64,000 bases of DNA from Candidatus Latescibacterota bacterium (lineage in GTDB: Bacteria; Latescibacterota; UBA2968; GCA-2709665): contig CAXXJS010000040.1 in assembly GCA_963662665.2 (NCBI GenBank), positions 96,001-160,000 of the forward strand. The letters are read 5' to 3'. The position numbers were made by a program, and so were the translations under genes. The notes beneath the pieces are model-generated. The model saw nothing but the letters and a program-made list of their open reading frames with translations, searched no databases and was not told where the DNA came from. Shown here one piece after another: positions 1 to 9,874 of the stretch. Position 1 is the stretch's first letter, and each line of letters begins with the position of its first letter.

Positions 1-1296
1 ACCGCGGCTGGCGCCCGGCGTGGACAGGTCGTCCTTCGCTTCGCCCGTCACGTCGACGAACCGCCCCTCTCCCGTGTTACGGAGCAGGATGGCGGGTTGC
101 CGGTAAACACTTCCCACCAGGTCTGCGTTGTCGAGTACGTGGCCATGCGCCATCAGAAGATCGGGCCAACCGTCATTGTTGTAATCCAGAAAGCCGATTC
201 CCCACCCAACGTGGGGTATCGTGGGCGTTCTGACCCCGGATATCGACGAAATTTCCGTAAATAGCCCGCCGCCCTCATTGCGGTACAACCCGGCGCCTTC
301 CAGTCGAAAATTGGTTACGGCCAGGTCCGGACGACCGTCCCGGTTGAAATCGCCGAAGTCCGCGCCCATGCTGGACTGCAGGTCGCCCGTTCCGCTGTAG
401 GCCACCCCCGACAGAAGGCCCCTCGCCTCGAAACTCCCGTCGCCTCGATTCAGGTAGAGAAAATTGGGGGTCATATCGTTGGCCACGAAGATATCCACGG
501 TCCCGTTGCCGTCGACGTCTCCGCACGACGTCCCCATTCCCTTGCCGTTGGGATTGAAGACGCCGGCCCGCTCTGTCACGTCCGTGAACGTCCCGTTGCC
601 GTTGTTGCGATACAGGCGATCCGCCGCCCCCTTGAAGTTGTCGGGATGCGGGTAGAACCTGGCGTCCTCCGCGGGACTCGCGGAACGGGAAGCGTAGGGC
701 CTTAACCGCGACTGTGTCGAGGAGATCGAGTAGGCAACGTAGTTTGCCACGTAGAGGTCCAGGAATCCATCCGCGTTGTAGTCCAGGAAAGCGCATCCCA
801 CGCTCCACGTTGAATCCCCGGCGACGCCGGCCGCGCCGGCAACGTCCCTGAACGTGCCGTCTCCGTTGTTCCGGAACAGGCTGTTCGGCCCGTAGCACGT
901 CACGTAGAGGTCGTTGTGCGCGTCATTGTCGAAGTCGCCCACGCAAACGCCCATACCGTAGGCTGTTTCGCCCACTCCCGCGAACCGCGTCACGTCCGAG
1001 AACGCGCCCGCGCCGGCATTCCGGTATAGCCGGTTTACAGGGCGCGGCCCTGCATATCCGGGCAACGCCCCGCCGTTGACGGCGAATATGTCCAGTCGAC
1101 CGTCATTGTTATAGTCCAGAAACGCGACCCCGGACCCCATCGTTTCCACGAAATATTTCTTGCCCGTCCCTCCGTTGACGTGCCGGAAGTCGATGCCCGA
1201 TGCCGCCGTCACGTCGACGAAGCGCGGCGAATCCGCCCACAGCGCTCCGCCCCGAAGGATCGAGAGAAGAAATATCCCGAAAACAACGTGATTCAT
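1..1296 (-). CDS. CRTAC1/ASPIC-UnbV family FG-GAP repeat protein (3' end runs off the window)
   Basis: Not in the ORF track. Manual translation from ATG at 1296 gives MNHVVFGIFLLSILRGGALWADSARFVDVTAASGIDFRHVNGGTGKKYFVETMGSGVAFLDYNNDGRLDIF, with repeated DxNxDG Ca-binding loops and LYRNNGNGTFTDVT motifs. Confidence 0.9.
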   Translation of the reverse strand, partial: MNHVVFGIFLLSILRGGALWADSPRFVDVTAASGIDFRHVNGGTGKKYFVETMGSGVAFLDYNNDGRLDIFAVNGGALPGYAGPRPVNRLYRNAGAGAFSDVTRFAGVGETAYGMGVCVGDFDNDAHNDLYVTCYGPNSLFRNNGDGTFRDVAGAAGVAGDSTWSVGCAFLDYNADGFLDLYVANYVAYSISSTQSRLRPYASRSASPAEDARFYPHPDNFKGAADRLYRNNGNGTFTDVTERAGVFNPNGKGMGTSCGDVDGNGTVDIFVANDMTPNFLYLNRGDGSFEARGLLSGVAYSGTGDLQSSMGADFGDFNRDGRPDLAVTNFRLEGAGLYRNEGGGLFTEISSISGVRTPTIPHVGWGIGFLDYNNDGWPDLLMAHGHVLDNADLVGSVYRQPAILLRNTGEGRFVDVTGEAKDDLSTPGASRG

Positions 1297-1312
1297 TCCG
1301 TAACTTCCCGCC

Positions 1313-2443
1313 TCACCGGCTGCTGAGCAGGGTATGGACCGCCCGTTTGAACACGTGAATCGCGCGCCTGGCGGCGCCGTGCGGACCGGCCGTGGCGACG
1401 TTGATCTCATAGAATACGCTGGGGATTCCAAGCCTCCGGGCCATCTGATAGCACATTGTATTCTCACGATGCACGTTGGCCGCACCGTGCGTGGACATGC
1501 CATGGGTCTCCAGCCGCATCGTATCGCAAAGGGCCTGGTACAAACGGGCGCGATCGGGATGCTCAATGACGGGGTCGACCACCTCGTACCATCCGTCGTA
1601 AGGGTATTCTCCGTTTTCCCGCCAGCCCACGAAGGCATGGATATTCATCCACATCGCCGGCCGGTCCTTTACTAGCTTGTCCCACAGCAGGCGACTCTCG
1701 TGGGCTTCGGGCGCCTCCGCTTCCGGGTCGTCGCCGAATGCCCGGTACATGTCCAGCCCCTCGGCATTGAACGCGTTCCTGCCCCTTACGTTTCCATCGG
1801 GATTGACCGCCGGCAGGACCTCCACCTGTACCTGCTCCCGAAGGGCGACGGCATCGGGCACGAGAGACGTGATGAAATCTGCAATGCCCAGCATTCCCCA
1901 GGTGCCGGAGAATTCGATCGCGTGTTGTCCGGCCACGCACAGAATCCCCGGCTTGCCGGGCGTGCCGGCCCGGACGCCGGTGATGTCCCGGCCTTGCACC
2001 GACGTGCCGATGGTAAAGGCCTCACACCGGTCCCCTCGTTCATCCGCCAGCTTTCGGAGTGCGTCCCGGGTATCGCTGTAGGGCGCGGGCCATGCGTTCG
2101 TGACCCGAATCGTCTCGTTCGCCTTCAGATTCAGGCGGACCAACAGAGGTTCTTCCGAATTCCGGACCCGTTCGCGGTCGAGCGGCTTGAAGCGGCCCTC
2201 TCCCCGAGACTCGACCCACACCGTGGTCGGAAGACTGACCACGAATCCCTCGGGACCAAATCGCGAGTCCGGCCACACTTCCACGGTCACAACCGATGCG
2301 GGCCCGTCATTCCGGACGTCAAAGCAGAAGTAGTAACAGTACGTGGCCTTGTCCCCGATGACCTCGAGCCGAAACCGGTCGATTGCGATCTGCCGGATAT
2401 GCTTCGCGTTACCGCATTCGAAATCAGCCGAGATTGAAGTCAT
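1313..2443 (-). CDS. M14 family zinc carboxypeptidase
   Basis: ADFECGN N-terminus, GQHAIE (HxxE), NPDG and NIH zinc ligand; ATG at 2443 has an RBS-like AGGGGAG upstream. Confidence 0.8.
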   Translation of the reverse strand: MTSISADFECGNAKHIRQIAIDRFRLEVIGDKATYCYYFCFDVRNDGPASVVTVEVWPDSRFGPEGFVVSLPTTVWVESRGEGRFKPLDRERVRNSEEPLLVRLNLKANETIRVTNAWPAPYSDTRDALRKLADERGDRCEAFTIGTSVQGRDITGVRAGTPGKPGILCVAGQHAIEFSGTWGMLGIADFITSLVPDAVALREQVQVEVLPAVNPDGNVRGRNAFNAEGLDMYRAFGDDPEAEAPEAHESRLLWDKLVKDRPAMWMNIHAFVGWRENGEYPYDGWYEVVDPVIEHPDRARLYQALCDTMRLETHGMSTHGAANVHRENTMCYQMARRLGIPSVFYEINVATAGPHGAARRAIHVFKRAVHTLLSSR

Positions 2444-2497
2444 CCAGGATCTCCCCTGAACGCGCATGGATGACACGCGTTCGTGTGATGGACGGCA

Positions 2498-3625
2498 TCA
2501 GAAATATCCGGTTCCCACGGGCGGCCGGGCGTACGCCACCTCGATGCGGCTGGGAACCCCTGTACCGTTCATCGAATTCACGCCCCTGCATTCCAGGGAC
2601 TGAATTCCCTCCCGCATCGGCCAGTCGAAACGCTCCCCACAGAGATTCCAGACCCCGTCGTCGACGCGGTATTCGTAGTGGTCGAAAAACGGCATACAGT
2701 GTGAAAGCGTGACCGCCAGCCTGGCTTCCTCCTCGTCCCACGAAGGCCGGGTGGAAATGTGCACCAGATTCACCGCCCAGTACAAATCCGGTAGATTGGA
2801 GGTCCATCGAACCGGGCCAAGCGGTCTGAAATGACTCACGAACGTGGGCAGACACCTGCGGTCCACCCATTCCCAGGTCAGGCGATCCGTCAGGACACGG
2901 ACCCGGGCATAGTAGTCCATCACCCTGTTTCGCAGAAACCTCGCGAACAACTGGCGGTTGACGTCCGCGTCATAGTCTTGCCGGCAGGTGGGGTCCCGGA
3001 GGGCGAGCCGGACGTGCCTGGCGTCGGGAACGACGAATTCGGGCTGATCCTGCACCATTTCAACCTCATCCGCGGCGCCGTCCAGCCACGCTTCCCGGAT
3101 CTCCAGCGCGTTCAGCGGCGTACCGTCCCGTTCGTAGTGGACGTTGATGTCCGGGTCCATCATCACCCACTTCCGGTGTTCGTTGGACCAGACCTCCGCA
3201 ACCGCGTGTCCCACGTTCCATATATTGTAGTCCCGTGGCGCCTCGCAATCTTCAATGGAGACCGCCACCCTCCGCGCGGGCCAGCCCAGCGCGGTTGCCG
3301 AATCCACGAACACCCGGGCGTAGGAACCGCAGAAGAAACGTTCCCCCATGCTCACGGCTTCCAGAATTCCCAGGCCATCGTCAACTTCCGGGCCGTTGTA
3401 CCAGAGCCCGTGGTCCCACTGTTCGCGGACCCATCGCTTCAGCGCCAGAAACCCCTCGAATTCCGTTTTGCAGCCTGCCACGACGTCCGCCAGCCCGTAG
3501 GCTTCCCTGAGGCGCGCAATTCTCGGCGCATGCGGGTCCCCGTAATCGTGGCAGGTATAGTCCCCGGTGAAGTCCGGGACGTCATAGGAGACAACGCGGA
3601 ACTCACCAGGACACCTCTGACTCAT
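2498..3625 (-). CDS. Transglutaminase-like domain protein
   Basis: Cys-His-Asp triad motifs FCGSYA, GHAVAEVW, WVMMDP; start moved to ATG 3625 because the upstream part of the ORF overlaps the neighbouring gene. Confidence 0.8.
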   Translation of the reverse strand: MSQRCPGEFRVVSYDVPDFTGDYTCHDYGDPHAPRIARLREAYGLADVVAGCKTEFEGFLALKRWVREQWDHGLWYNGPEVDDGLGILEAVSMGERFFCGSYARVFVDSATALGWPARRVAVSIEDCEAPRDYNIWNVGHAVAEVWSNEHRKWVMMDPDINVHYERDGTPLNALEIREAWLDGAADEVEMVQDQPEFVVPDARHVRLALRDPTCRQDYDADVNRQLFARFLRNRVMDYYARVRVLTDRLTWEWVDRRCLPTFVSHFRPLGPVRWTSNLPDLYWAVNLVHISTRPSWDEEEARLAVTLSHCMPFFDHYEYRVDDGVWNLCGERFDWPMREGIQSLECRGVNSMNGTGVPSRIEVAYARPPVGTGYF

Positions 3626-3639
3626 GAGGTCCTCCCGAT

Positions 3640-4554
3640 TTACCCGGTTCGCACCGGCTTCCCGAGCGCCTCGGCCATCGCGCGGACGTGGGACGGACCG
3701 GCGCCGCAACAGCAACCCACGAAGTTGATCCCTTCCGCCCTGGCCTTCAGCGCGAACGCCGCCATATCGTCGGGGGTGACGCCATTGCGATGCCGGCGGA
3801 CGGCATAGCCGACGTTTTCGGTATCCTCCATCTGCCTGAATCCCTTCGGCTGGCAGGCGATCGGTACATCCACCGCTTCCCGCATCTCGAGCGCCGTCGG
3901 CAGCATCTGTTCCGGGTCCCCGATACAGACGGTCCCCACGATGTCCGCGCCGTCGTCCACGAGGGCGCGGGCGCACTCCGCCGCGGTGGCGCCGTCCCGT
4001 GTCGCCTTATTGCTGCCGATGCCCACGAGCGCCATCGTCGGCAGGCCGGTTTTCTTACAGCTTTCCACGCACAGCCGCATCTCGTCCAGGCGGGAGAACG
4101 TCTCCGGGATCAGGAAGTCGGCGCCGGCGTCGACGAGAATTGCGATCTGTTCTTCCCATTCGGCCTGCGCGCGTGCGCCCGACGAAGGATCCTCCGGATT
4201 GTAAACCTGGTCTCCCAGACGGGAACCGGTCATCGTGGATACGAGACAGCCGCCTACCGGCGTCTCCCAGTCCGATCCCTCCTTGGCCGCCCGAATCCCG
4301 GTCCTGTTGATCTCGTCCACGCGGTCTCCCCATCCGTATTTCTCCTCCAGCTGAGCACCCGAGGTAAACCACGTCAGCGCCTGGAGCACCTCGGCACCCG
4401 AATTGTAGAAGTCCCGGTGGATCTGCTGAAGCACATCCGGGTGGGAGCCGATGATGCCGGGCACATCGTAACCTCTCCAGTTCGCCTCCAGGAACATCCC
4501 CCCGTCACCAAGGACGATCCCGTCGTTCAACATATCCATCAGATTCCGCGCCAT
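3640..4554 (-). CDS. Homocysteine S-methyltransferase family protein
   Basis: LGDGG, PETF, GTVC and GCCCG zinc-binding motifs. Confidence 0.85.
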   Translation of the reverse strand: MARNLMDMLNDGIVLGDGGMFLEANWRGYDVPGIIGSHPDVLQQIHRDFYNSGAEVLQALTWFTSGAQLEEKYGWGDRVDEINRTGIRAAKEGSDWETPVGGCLVSTMTGSRLGDQVYNPEDPSSGARAQAEWEEQIAILVDAGADFLIPETFSRLDEMRLCVESCKKTGLPTMALVGIGSNKATRDGATAAECARALVDDGADIVGTVCIGDPEQMLPTALEMREAVDVPIACQPKGFRQMEDTENVGYAVRRHRNGVTPDDMAAFALKARAEGINFVGCCCGAGPSHVRAMAEALGKPVRTG

Positions 4555-4569
4555 ATCACTTTCTCCTCT

Positions 4570-5505
4570 CTATCGAAGCTGGTAAGGTCCGGCCCGATCC
4601 GGCATCGCCGTCGGTTTCCCGATCGCCTCGGCCATCGCCCGGATATGGTACGGCAGGGCCCCGCAGCATGCACCGATGAAGCCGACGCCCATATCCCAGG
4701 CATCCCGGGCGTAGTCGGCCATCTCGCGCCGGGGTTGGTGCCGGAGCTCGAAATGAACGCTTGAGCCCGACGCGATCTCCCGCGTATACTCCGCGCCGTT
4801 TTCCAGCACGTACGCGAGGGGTTGAGCGCAGATGGGCACGTTTACCGCACTCATCATCTTGCCGAGGATATCCCTGTACATATACCAGGGCCGCCCGCAA
4901 TTCACGCCCACCACGTCGGCGCCCTGGTCCACGAGCCGTTTCACCGCCTCGTCCGGCAGATACCGGTCGGCGGTATATTCGCCGGATTTGTACTCCAGCG
5001 TTACGACGGCGGGAATTCCGGCGCTCTTGATATAGGGCAGTCCCAGCGACGCCTCCTCGACGGAATAAAAGGTCTCCACGATAAACAGGTCCACCCCCGC
5101 CGCGGTCTGCTGTCCCACGCGCCGCTCGAAGAACGCCTGCGCATCGCGCCTTTCCGTAGCGGAGATCGGCGATCGCCTCTGGTACGGCCCGATGCCGACC
5201 GGGCTGAGCGTACCCGCCACGAACCGGTCCTGTCCGGCGGCCTCTCTCGCAAGCTCGACCGCGGTACGGTGGAGTTCGTCATCCCGTTCCATCCTGCCCA
5301 CGCCCCAGGCCATGGCCTGCAGCACCTCGGCGCCCGCAAGCGCGAATTCCCTGTGCAACTGGAGCAGACCCTCAGGGTGATCCAGTACAGCCCACGGTAC
5401 GCCTTTGGCGAAACTGCCAAGGCATCGCCGTTCAAGCTCCAGATAATAACCGCCGTCGCCAAGTACCGGCCCCTCGTTCAGACGATCCAGAAAACCCGAT
5501 GCCAT
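4570..5505 (-). CDS. Homocysteine S-methyltransferase family protein (paralog)
   Basis: LGDGGY, VETF, GVNC and GACCG motifs. Confidence 0.85.
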   Translation of the reverse strand: MASGFLDRLNEGPVLGDGGYYLELERRCLGSFAKGVPWAVLDHPEGLLQLHREFALAGAEVLQAMAWGVGRMERDDELHRTAVELAREAAGQDRFVAGTLSPVGIGPYQRRSPISATERRDAQAFFERRVGQQTAAGVDLFIVETFYSVEEASLGLPYIKSAGIPAVVTLEYKSGEYTADRYLPDEAVKRLVDQGADVVGVNCGRPWYMYRDILGKMMSAVNVPICAQPLAYVLENGAEYTREIASGSSVHFELRHQPRREMADYARDAWDMGVGFIGACCGALPYHIRAMAEAIGKPTAMPDRAGPYQLR

Positions 5506-5529
5506 TGCAATACCTCCTGTTGGGGTCGC

Positions 5530-6744
5530 TCAACCCGGAAACTCGCCGGCGTTTCGTTTCACCGAGGGTCTGAAATCCGGCACTTCCAGACAGGCGCTGC
5601 CCTGCTCCACGGACTGAACGGCCACAATGGCCGGCGCCGTGAGTTCGGCCGACCGGTATACGTTCAGCGGCGGGTCCGAATCGTCCTGGATGGCGTCCAG
5701 AAAGGACGAGAGGGCGAAATAGTCCATATTCCCGTGTCCGCTTCCCCGGGCTTCCTCGGGAAGGTCTTCCGGAGAATACTTCCACTCCATCGCCCGCATG
5801 GATTCCTCTCCGGAACTCTCCAGCCACATCTTCGGCGTATCCACGCCCCGAGATGCGCCGTAGATCTCCGCGGATCGGGCGGTCTCCACCTTCCCTGTGG
5901 TCCCCTCCAGGTGCCACCAGTGGTGATCGCGGGGCGTCGCGTACGTAAACCCGGCAGCCATCCGGACGATCGTATCGTTTTCCGTGTGCATCATCGCCAC
6001 CTCGATATCCGATGCGGGGATCCCTTCGTAATAGTAGCTCTTGGGACGTGTGGCCATGCACGTCACCCGCGTCACCCGGTCCTGCAGAACCGACAGGATG
6101 GGACCAAGATCTGTGGCCATGTAAAGGATCGGGTGAGGAAACCAGTTCCACATTCTGCTCTTCGCGGCCCCTGGATGAGTGGGGGCTTCGTCCAGATGGA
6201 CACGCTCGCCCGTCTTGGAATCGACCCAGAACCGGTCCGGCGTCATCCCGTGAAGATACTGCCCTTCGGCGAAGATCACGTGGCCGAGTTGGCCATGTCG
6301 GACCAGTTTTCGCCATGCCTTCACAAACGGGTGGTACATCACCTGCTCGGCCATCTGGAACTTCAGCCCGCTCCGCTCCACCGCCACCACCACCCGCCAC
6401 AGATCGTCCATATCGTACGTCAGCGACACCTCGCAGCACGCGTGTTTTCCTGCCTCGATGGCCCGGCAGATCAGGTCCGGCTGATCGTGAGGCGCCGTGA
6501 CGATCGCCACCGCGTCGATATCCGCCTTCGCCAGCATCTCTCCGTAGTCTGTAAAGCACGCGATATCCGGATCGCCGGCCTCCCGGTACGCCTGCCCAAC
6601 CAGGGCGTCGATTTTGTCGCAAAGCGCCGTCACGCGGCACGTCTTGATTCGCAGCAGGTTCTTCATCCATGACAGCCTGCCGCGGGGTCCCAGCCCTGCG
6701 ATTCCGATCCGAACCGGTTTCTGTTTGGGCATCAGAGGCCTCAT
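5530..6744 (-). CDS. Gfo/Idh/MocA family oxidoreductase
   Basis: RIGIAGLGPRG Rossmann motif, AGKHACCEV, EGQYLH. Confidence 0.85.
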   Translation of the reverse strand: MRPLMPKQKPVRIGIAGLGPRGRLSWMKNLLRIKTCRVTALCDKIDALVGQAYREAGDPDIACFTDYGEMLAKADIDAVAIVTAPHDQPDLICRAIEAGKHACCEVSLTYDMDDLWRVVVAVERSGLKFQMAEQVMYHPFVKAWRKLVRHGQLGHVIFAEGQYLHGMTPDRFWVDSKTGERVHLDEAPTHPGAAKSRMWNWFPHPILYMATDLGPILSVLQDRVTRVTCMATRPKSYYYEGIPASDIEVAMMHTENDTIVRMAAGFTYATPRDHHWWHLEGTTGKVETARSAEIYGASRGVDTPKMWLESSGEESMRAMEWKYSPEDLPEEARGSGHGNMDYFALSSFLDAIQDDSDPPLNVYRSAELTAPAIVAVQSVEQGSACLEVPDFRPSVKRNAGEFPG

Positions 6745-6898
6745 TCCCGTTACGTTGAGCTTTTTGCTTACCGCTCCCGTACAGCCTTTATCGGCGCTTT
6801 GGAGCTGCGTTCAATGTAGAAACAGGTGTCCGCTTTCCCGTTACCTTTCTTTTCCCTTTTAGATTCTCCCCCAACCACTTAACGTCCCCAATTTCCCT

Positions 6899-7281
6899 GC
6901 CCTTTTTCTTTCTCGCCAAAGAAAAAGGGCCAAAAAGAACGGCGCCGCTCAGACGCCGCGGGGCTGTTTTTCCGTGAACCAACTCAGTGGCACAGACGAG
7001 CGACCGCGGCCTGAGTACCCAATTGGACTCACGCTGCTTCTGAGCTGTACGGATTAACACGGAAAAACCCCCATCTCCGCCACCGGGCGGGTGATGGGAA
7101 AAACCGTGCGATCGGGCGCGACCTACCCCCTGACCCCCTTCCCAAGGGAAGGGGGGAACTGTCATCAACTGAAGACATCTCGCTTTGCTCCCCCTCTCCC
7201 TTGGGAGAGGGGGTTGGGGGGAGAGGTCCAGCTTTTTGCCGACGACTGATCGCTCTGTTTGAGGGGGCCGGGGGAGAGGTC
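6899..7281. repeat. Cluster of palindromic REP-like hairpins
   Basis: Perfect 13-bp stem at 6899-6930; 11-bp stem 6966-6976 with 7058-7068; CCCTTCCC-AA-GGGAAGGG and CCCCTCTCCC-TT-GGGAGAGGGG-type palindromes at about 7122-7230. Confidence 0.65.
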
Positions 7282-7468
7282 CCGGGATCGAGGGCATCCT
7301 GCCCTCGACGCGCCCCGTCCGGTCCTTCCGTTTCACGGCGTTGATGTCGATGGGTTCGGTCTTGATTCAAGCTGATGGCTGAAAGCTGATAGCTGTTCTT
7401 TGCTGCTCTTCAAAGAGAAACGGCAGCCGGAAATCAGGCTGCCAGGTCTGTGTGTTACGTTCCAAGGA

Positions 7469-8044
7469 TCAATGGTGATCGTGCCTGGAGGAGACATTGG
7501 GATCGGGATCTTTACTTGCTCCGACGAACCGCATCAGTTCGCGTCTCTCTCTGACTTTTCGGGGATTTATACTAATGGATACGAGGCGCCTGCGCCTGTC
7601 GAGGTCGAGATACACGCCCCGGGTTGCCGAAACTCGTTCGTGGACGTCGCCGTTTCCCTCACCGATCTTTACGGTCGCCTTCGATTTGAACGATCCAGGT
7701 GACTTGCCGATGCCTGTTCTGATGAGACCCTTCAGTTTTTCGTAATTTACCTCTTCAGGCAGATTATCGTCCATGATCAGCGCGGCGCAATGTTGAAGTG
7801 CTTTGATTGCTTCCCGTGCCGTGACCGAACCGGTTTCCATCTTCTTCAGTATTTCGGCTAATCCGGCGCGATGTAAGGCAATCTCCTTTTCGGATAGACC
7901 GAGCTGTAACTCCTTTCTGCCTCGTCGAGGAGAAGGATCGGGCAGAAGCTCCGCTACACCAGGCAGATATTCGCGGAAGCCTTTCGGGTCCTCACGGTAC
8001 CTGGCGTGAAGCAGTTCGATGAGTTTTCTTTCGTGGATGCTCAT
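7469..8044 (-). CDS. Hypothetical protein with a DUF2283-like segment and an antitoxin-like C-terminus
   Basis: 191-aa ORF; GVYLDLDRRRRLVSISI resembles DUF2283; ends FVGASKDPDPNVSSRHDHH. Confidence 0.5.
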   Translation of the reverse strand: MSIHERKLIELLHARYREDPKGFREYLPGVAELLPDPSPRRGRKELQLGLSEKEIALHRAGLAEILKKMETGSVTAREAIKALQHCAALIMDDNLPEEVNYEKLKGLIRTGIGKSPGSFKSKATVKIGEGNGDVHERVSATRGVYLDLDRRRRLVSISINPRKVRERRELMRFVGASKDPDPNVSSRHDHH

Positions 8045-8601
8045 CTGATCCGCGCGTTTCTCAACGTGATCGTCGTACCGGTGGTGAAGACCGTCAATTC
8101 TCGTGTAAGTTGCGGGTCAGCGATTTACGGGCAAATTTAAGGATGTCACCGGCATATCGCAGGCCCTGCTCGCTCTGCCTGGGCGAACCAGTCCCTCCAT
8201 CGCTGCGCCATCCTGCTTACTCCAACCCTGTTTAATTCTAAACGCGCATACCACTAAATCCGGCGGTCATTTCGCCCCGAATTCCGTTACTTTGGATGAC
8301 CATGTTGCGGAAAAACTAAAATATCCCTAATTCCAAACTTAAGCAAGGGGAAATGACCATCCATAGCCGTAAGCAGAGGCATGAATGCGCATCGACCCAA
8401 CTGGCTATCGTGACCTGCCTGGCGCTCATCGACACATAAAGCATTGACGGCGGTTAGACAGATATTTAACTTTAACCTCGATTCCACGTTTTTCCGGTGT
8501 GTTCCCTCGGATATGATCAGGAAGGATAAAGGAAGAAGGAAAAACGAAGAAGGAAGAAGGAAAAATCGTGTAATTGATGGGCTGAATGAGGTGTTTGCGG
8601 A

Positions 8602-8982
8602 ATGAAGGAAAAAGGTAGAAGCAAGAAGGAAGAAGTGGCTGATCTTCGGACTCGGACGAAGGAGTTTGCACTGGGGATTATTCGCCTGTATTCAGGTCTT
8701 CCCAGGCGGACGGAGGCTCAAGTAATTGGTAGGCAGATGATTCGCTCCGGAACGTCGGTGGGGGCAAATTACCGTGAGGCATATCGCGCGCGGAGTAAAG
8801 CGGAGTTCATCGCAAAGGCTGGCGAATGTTTAAAGGAGATTGAAGAAACCGGCTATTGGCTCGAGCTGCTCGTCGACTCAGGAATCGTCTCCGAGGAGCG
8901 ACTTGCAAGCCTGACAAATGAATGCAGTGAATTGACCGCGATTTTCGTCGCTTCAATTCGGACGGCAAAAAGCAACCAATAG
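8602..8982 (+). CDS. Four-helix-bundle protein (23S rRNA IVS protein / TIGR02436-like)
   Basis: DLRTRTKEFA...QMIRSGTSVGANYREAYRARSKAEFIAK...KEIEETGYWLELL signature. Confidence 0.9.
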   Translation: MKEKGRSKKEEVADLRTRTKEFALGIIRLYSGLPRRTEAQVIGRQMIRSGTSVGANYREAYRARSKAEFIAKAGECLKEIEETGYWLELLVDSGIVSEERLASLTNECSELTAIFVASIRTAKSNQ

Positions 8983-9201
8983 AGAAGGAAGAACGAACAA
9001 GGAAGAAGGAGGAACGAGAAAGGAGGAAGGAAAACGAGAAAAGAAAAAGCAGAAGGAGGAACGAGGAAGGAAAAAGGGAAAACCGCGTGATGTAGTATAG
9101 ATGATATGGGCGTTTTTCCTGCTTTTATTTCTTCCTTCTGCATTCTTACTTCTTCATTTTGTCTTCTTCCTTCTGCATTCTTCCTTCTTCCTTCATGTTC
9201 C

Positions 9202-9463
9202 AGTAATCGGCAGGCAGATGATTCGTTCCGGAACGTCGGTGGGGGCAAATTACCGTGAGGCATATCGCGCGCGGAGTAAAGCGGAGTTCATCGCAAAGGC
9301 TGGCGAATGTTTGAAGGAGATTGAAGAAACCGGTTATTGGCTCGAGCTGCTCGTCGACTCAGGAATCGTCTCCGAGGAGCGACTTGCAAGCCTGACAATT
9401 GAATGCAGTGAATTGACCGCGATTTTCGTCGCTTCAATTCGGACGGCGAAGAGCAACCAATAG
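9202..9463 (+). pseudogene. 5'-truncated second copy of the four-helix-bundle gene
   Basis: Matches 8721-8982 at offset 481 with 8 substitutions; lacks the first 40 codons or so. Confidence 0.85.
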
Positions 9464-9874
9464 AGAAGGAAGAAGGAAAAACGAAGAAGGAAAAAGGGAA
9501 AACCGCGTGATGTAGTATAGATGATATGGGCGTTTTTCCTGCTTTTATTTCTTCCTTCTGCATTCTTCCTTCTTCGTTCAGATTGAATACGGGCGACAGG
9601 CTACGCGCTTGTCCTGCTCTTATTTCTGCCTTCTTCCTTTTTCCTTTTTCCTTCAAATCACGGCTGAAGGTTGCTCTTGCTGCCATACGCATAACCCCGA
9701 TGGACGATCTCATCGGGGTTTTTCTGTGTCGCACAACGCGACGGATTCGTCGCGAAATGCGTCACTTTGCGATCCGGGCTGAATTGACCAACAACGTCGA
9801 TTTTCATATATTGGTTTTCCGGCTAATTGACTCCGTTCAAGGAAGTTTGCTTGAAGTCTTCTCTAAATGGCGCT

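Larger units (their letters stand above)
8521..9655. repeat. Degenerate heptamer tracts (GAAGGAA-type and inverted TTCCTTC-type) around the four-helix-bundle copies
   Basis: 8521 gaaggat aaaggaa gaaggaa aaacgaa gaaggaa gaaggaa; inverted pyrimidine heptamers ttccttc tgcattc ttacttc at about 9130-9195 and 9550-9655. Confidence 0.8.

Noticed and set aside
4822-6672. 616-aa plus-strand ORF and similar long antisense ORFs (36027-37316, 46389-47414, 50088-51113)
   Set aside because: Shadow frames of well-supported genes in GC-rich DNA, with no recognisable motifs
8602-9463. Diversity-generating retroelement (bAvd-like gene with a TR/VR pair)
   Set aside because: No reverse transcriptase in the window; differences are mostly synonymous and not restricted to adenines
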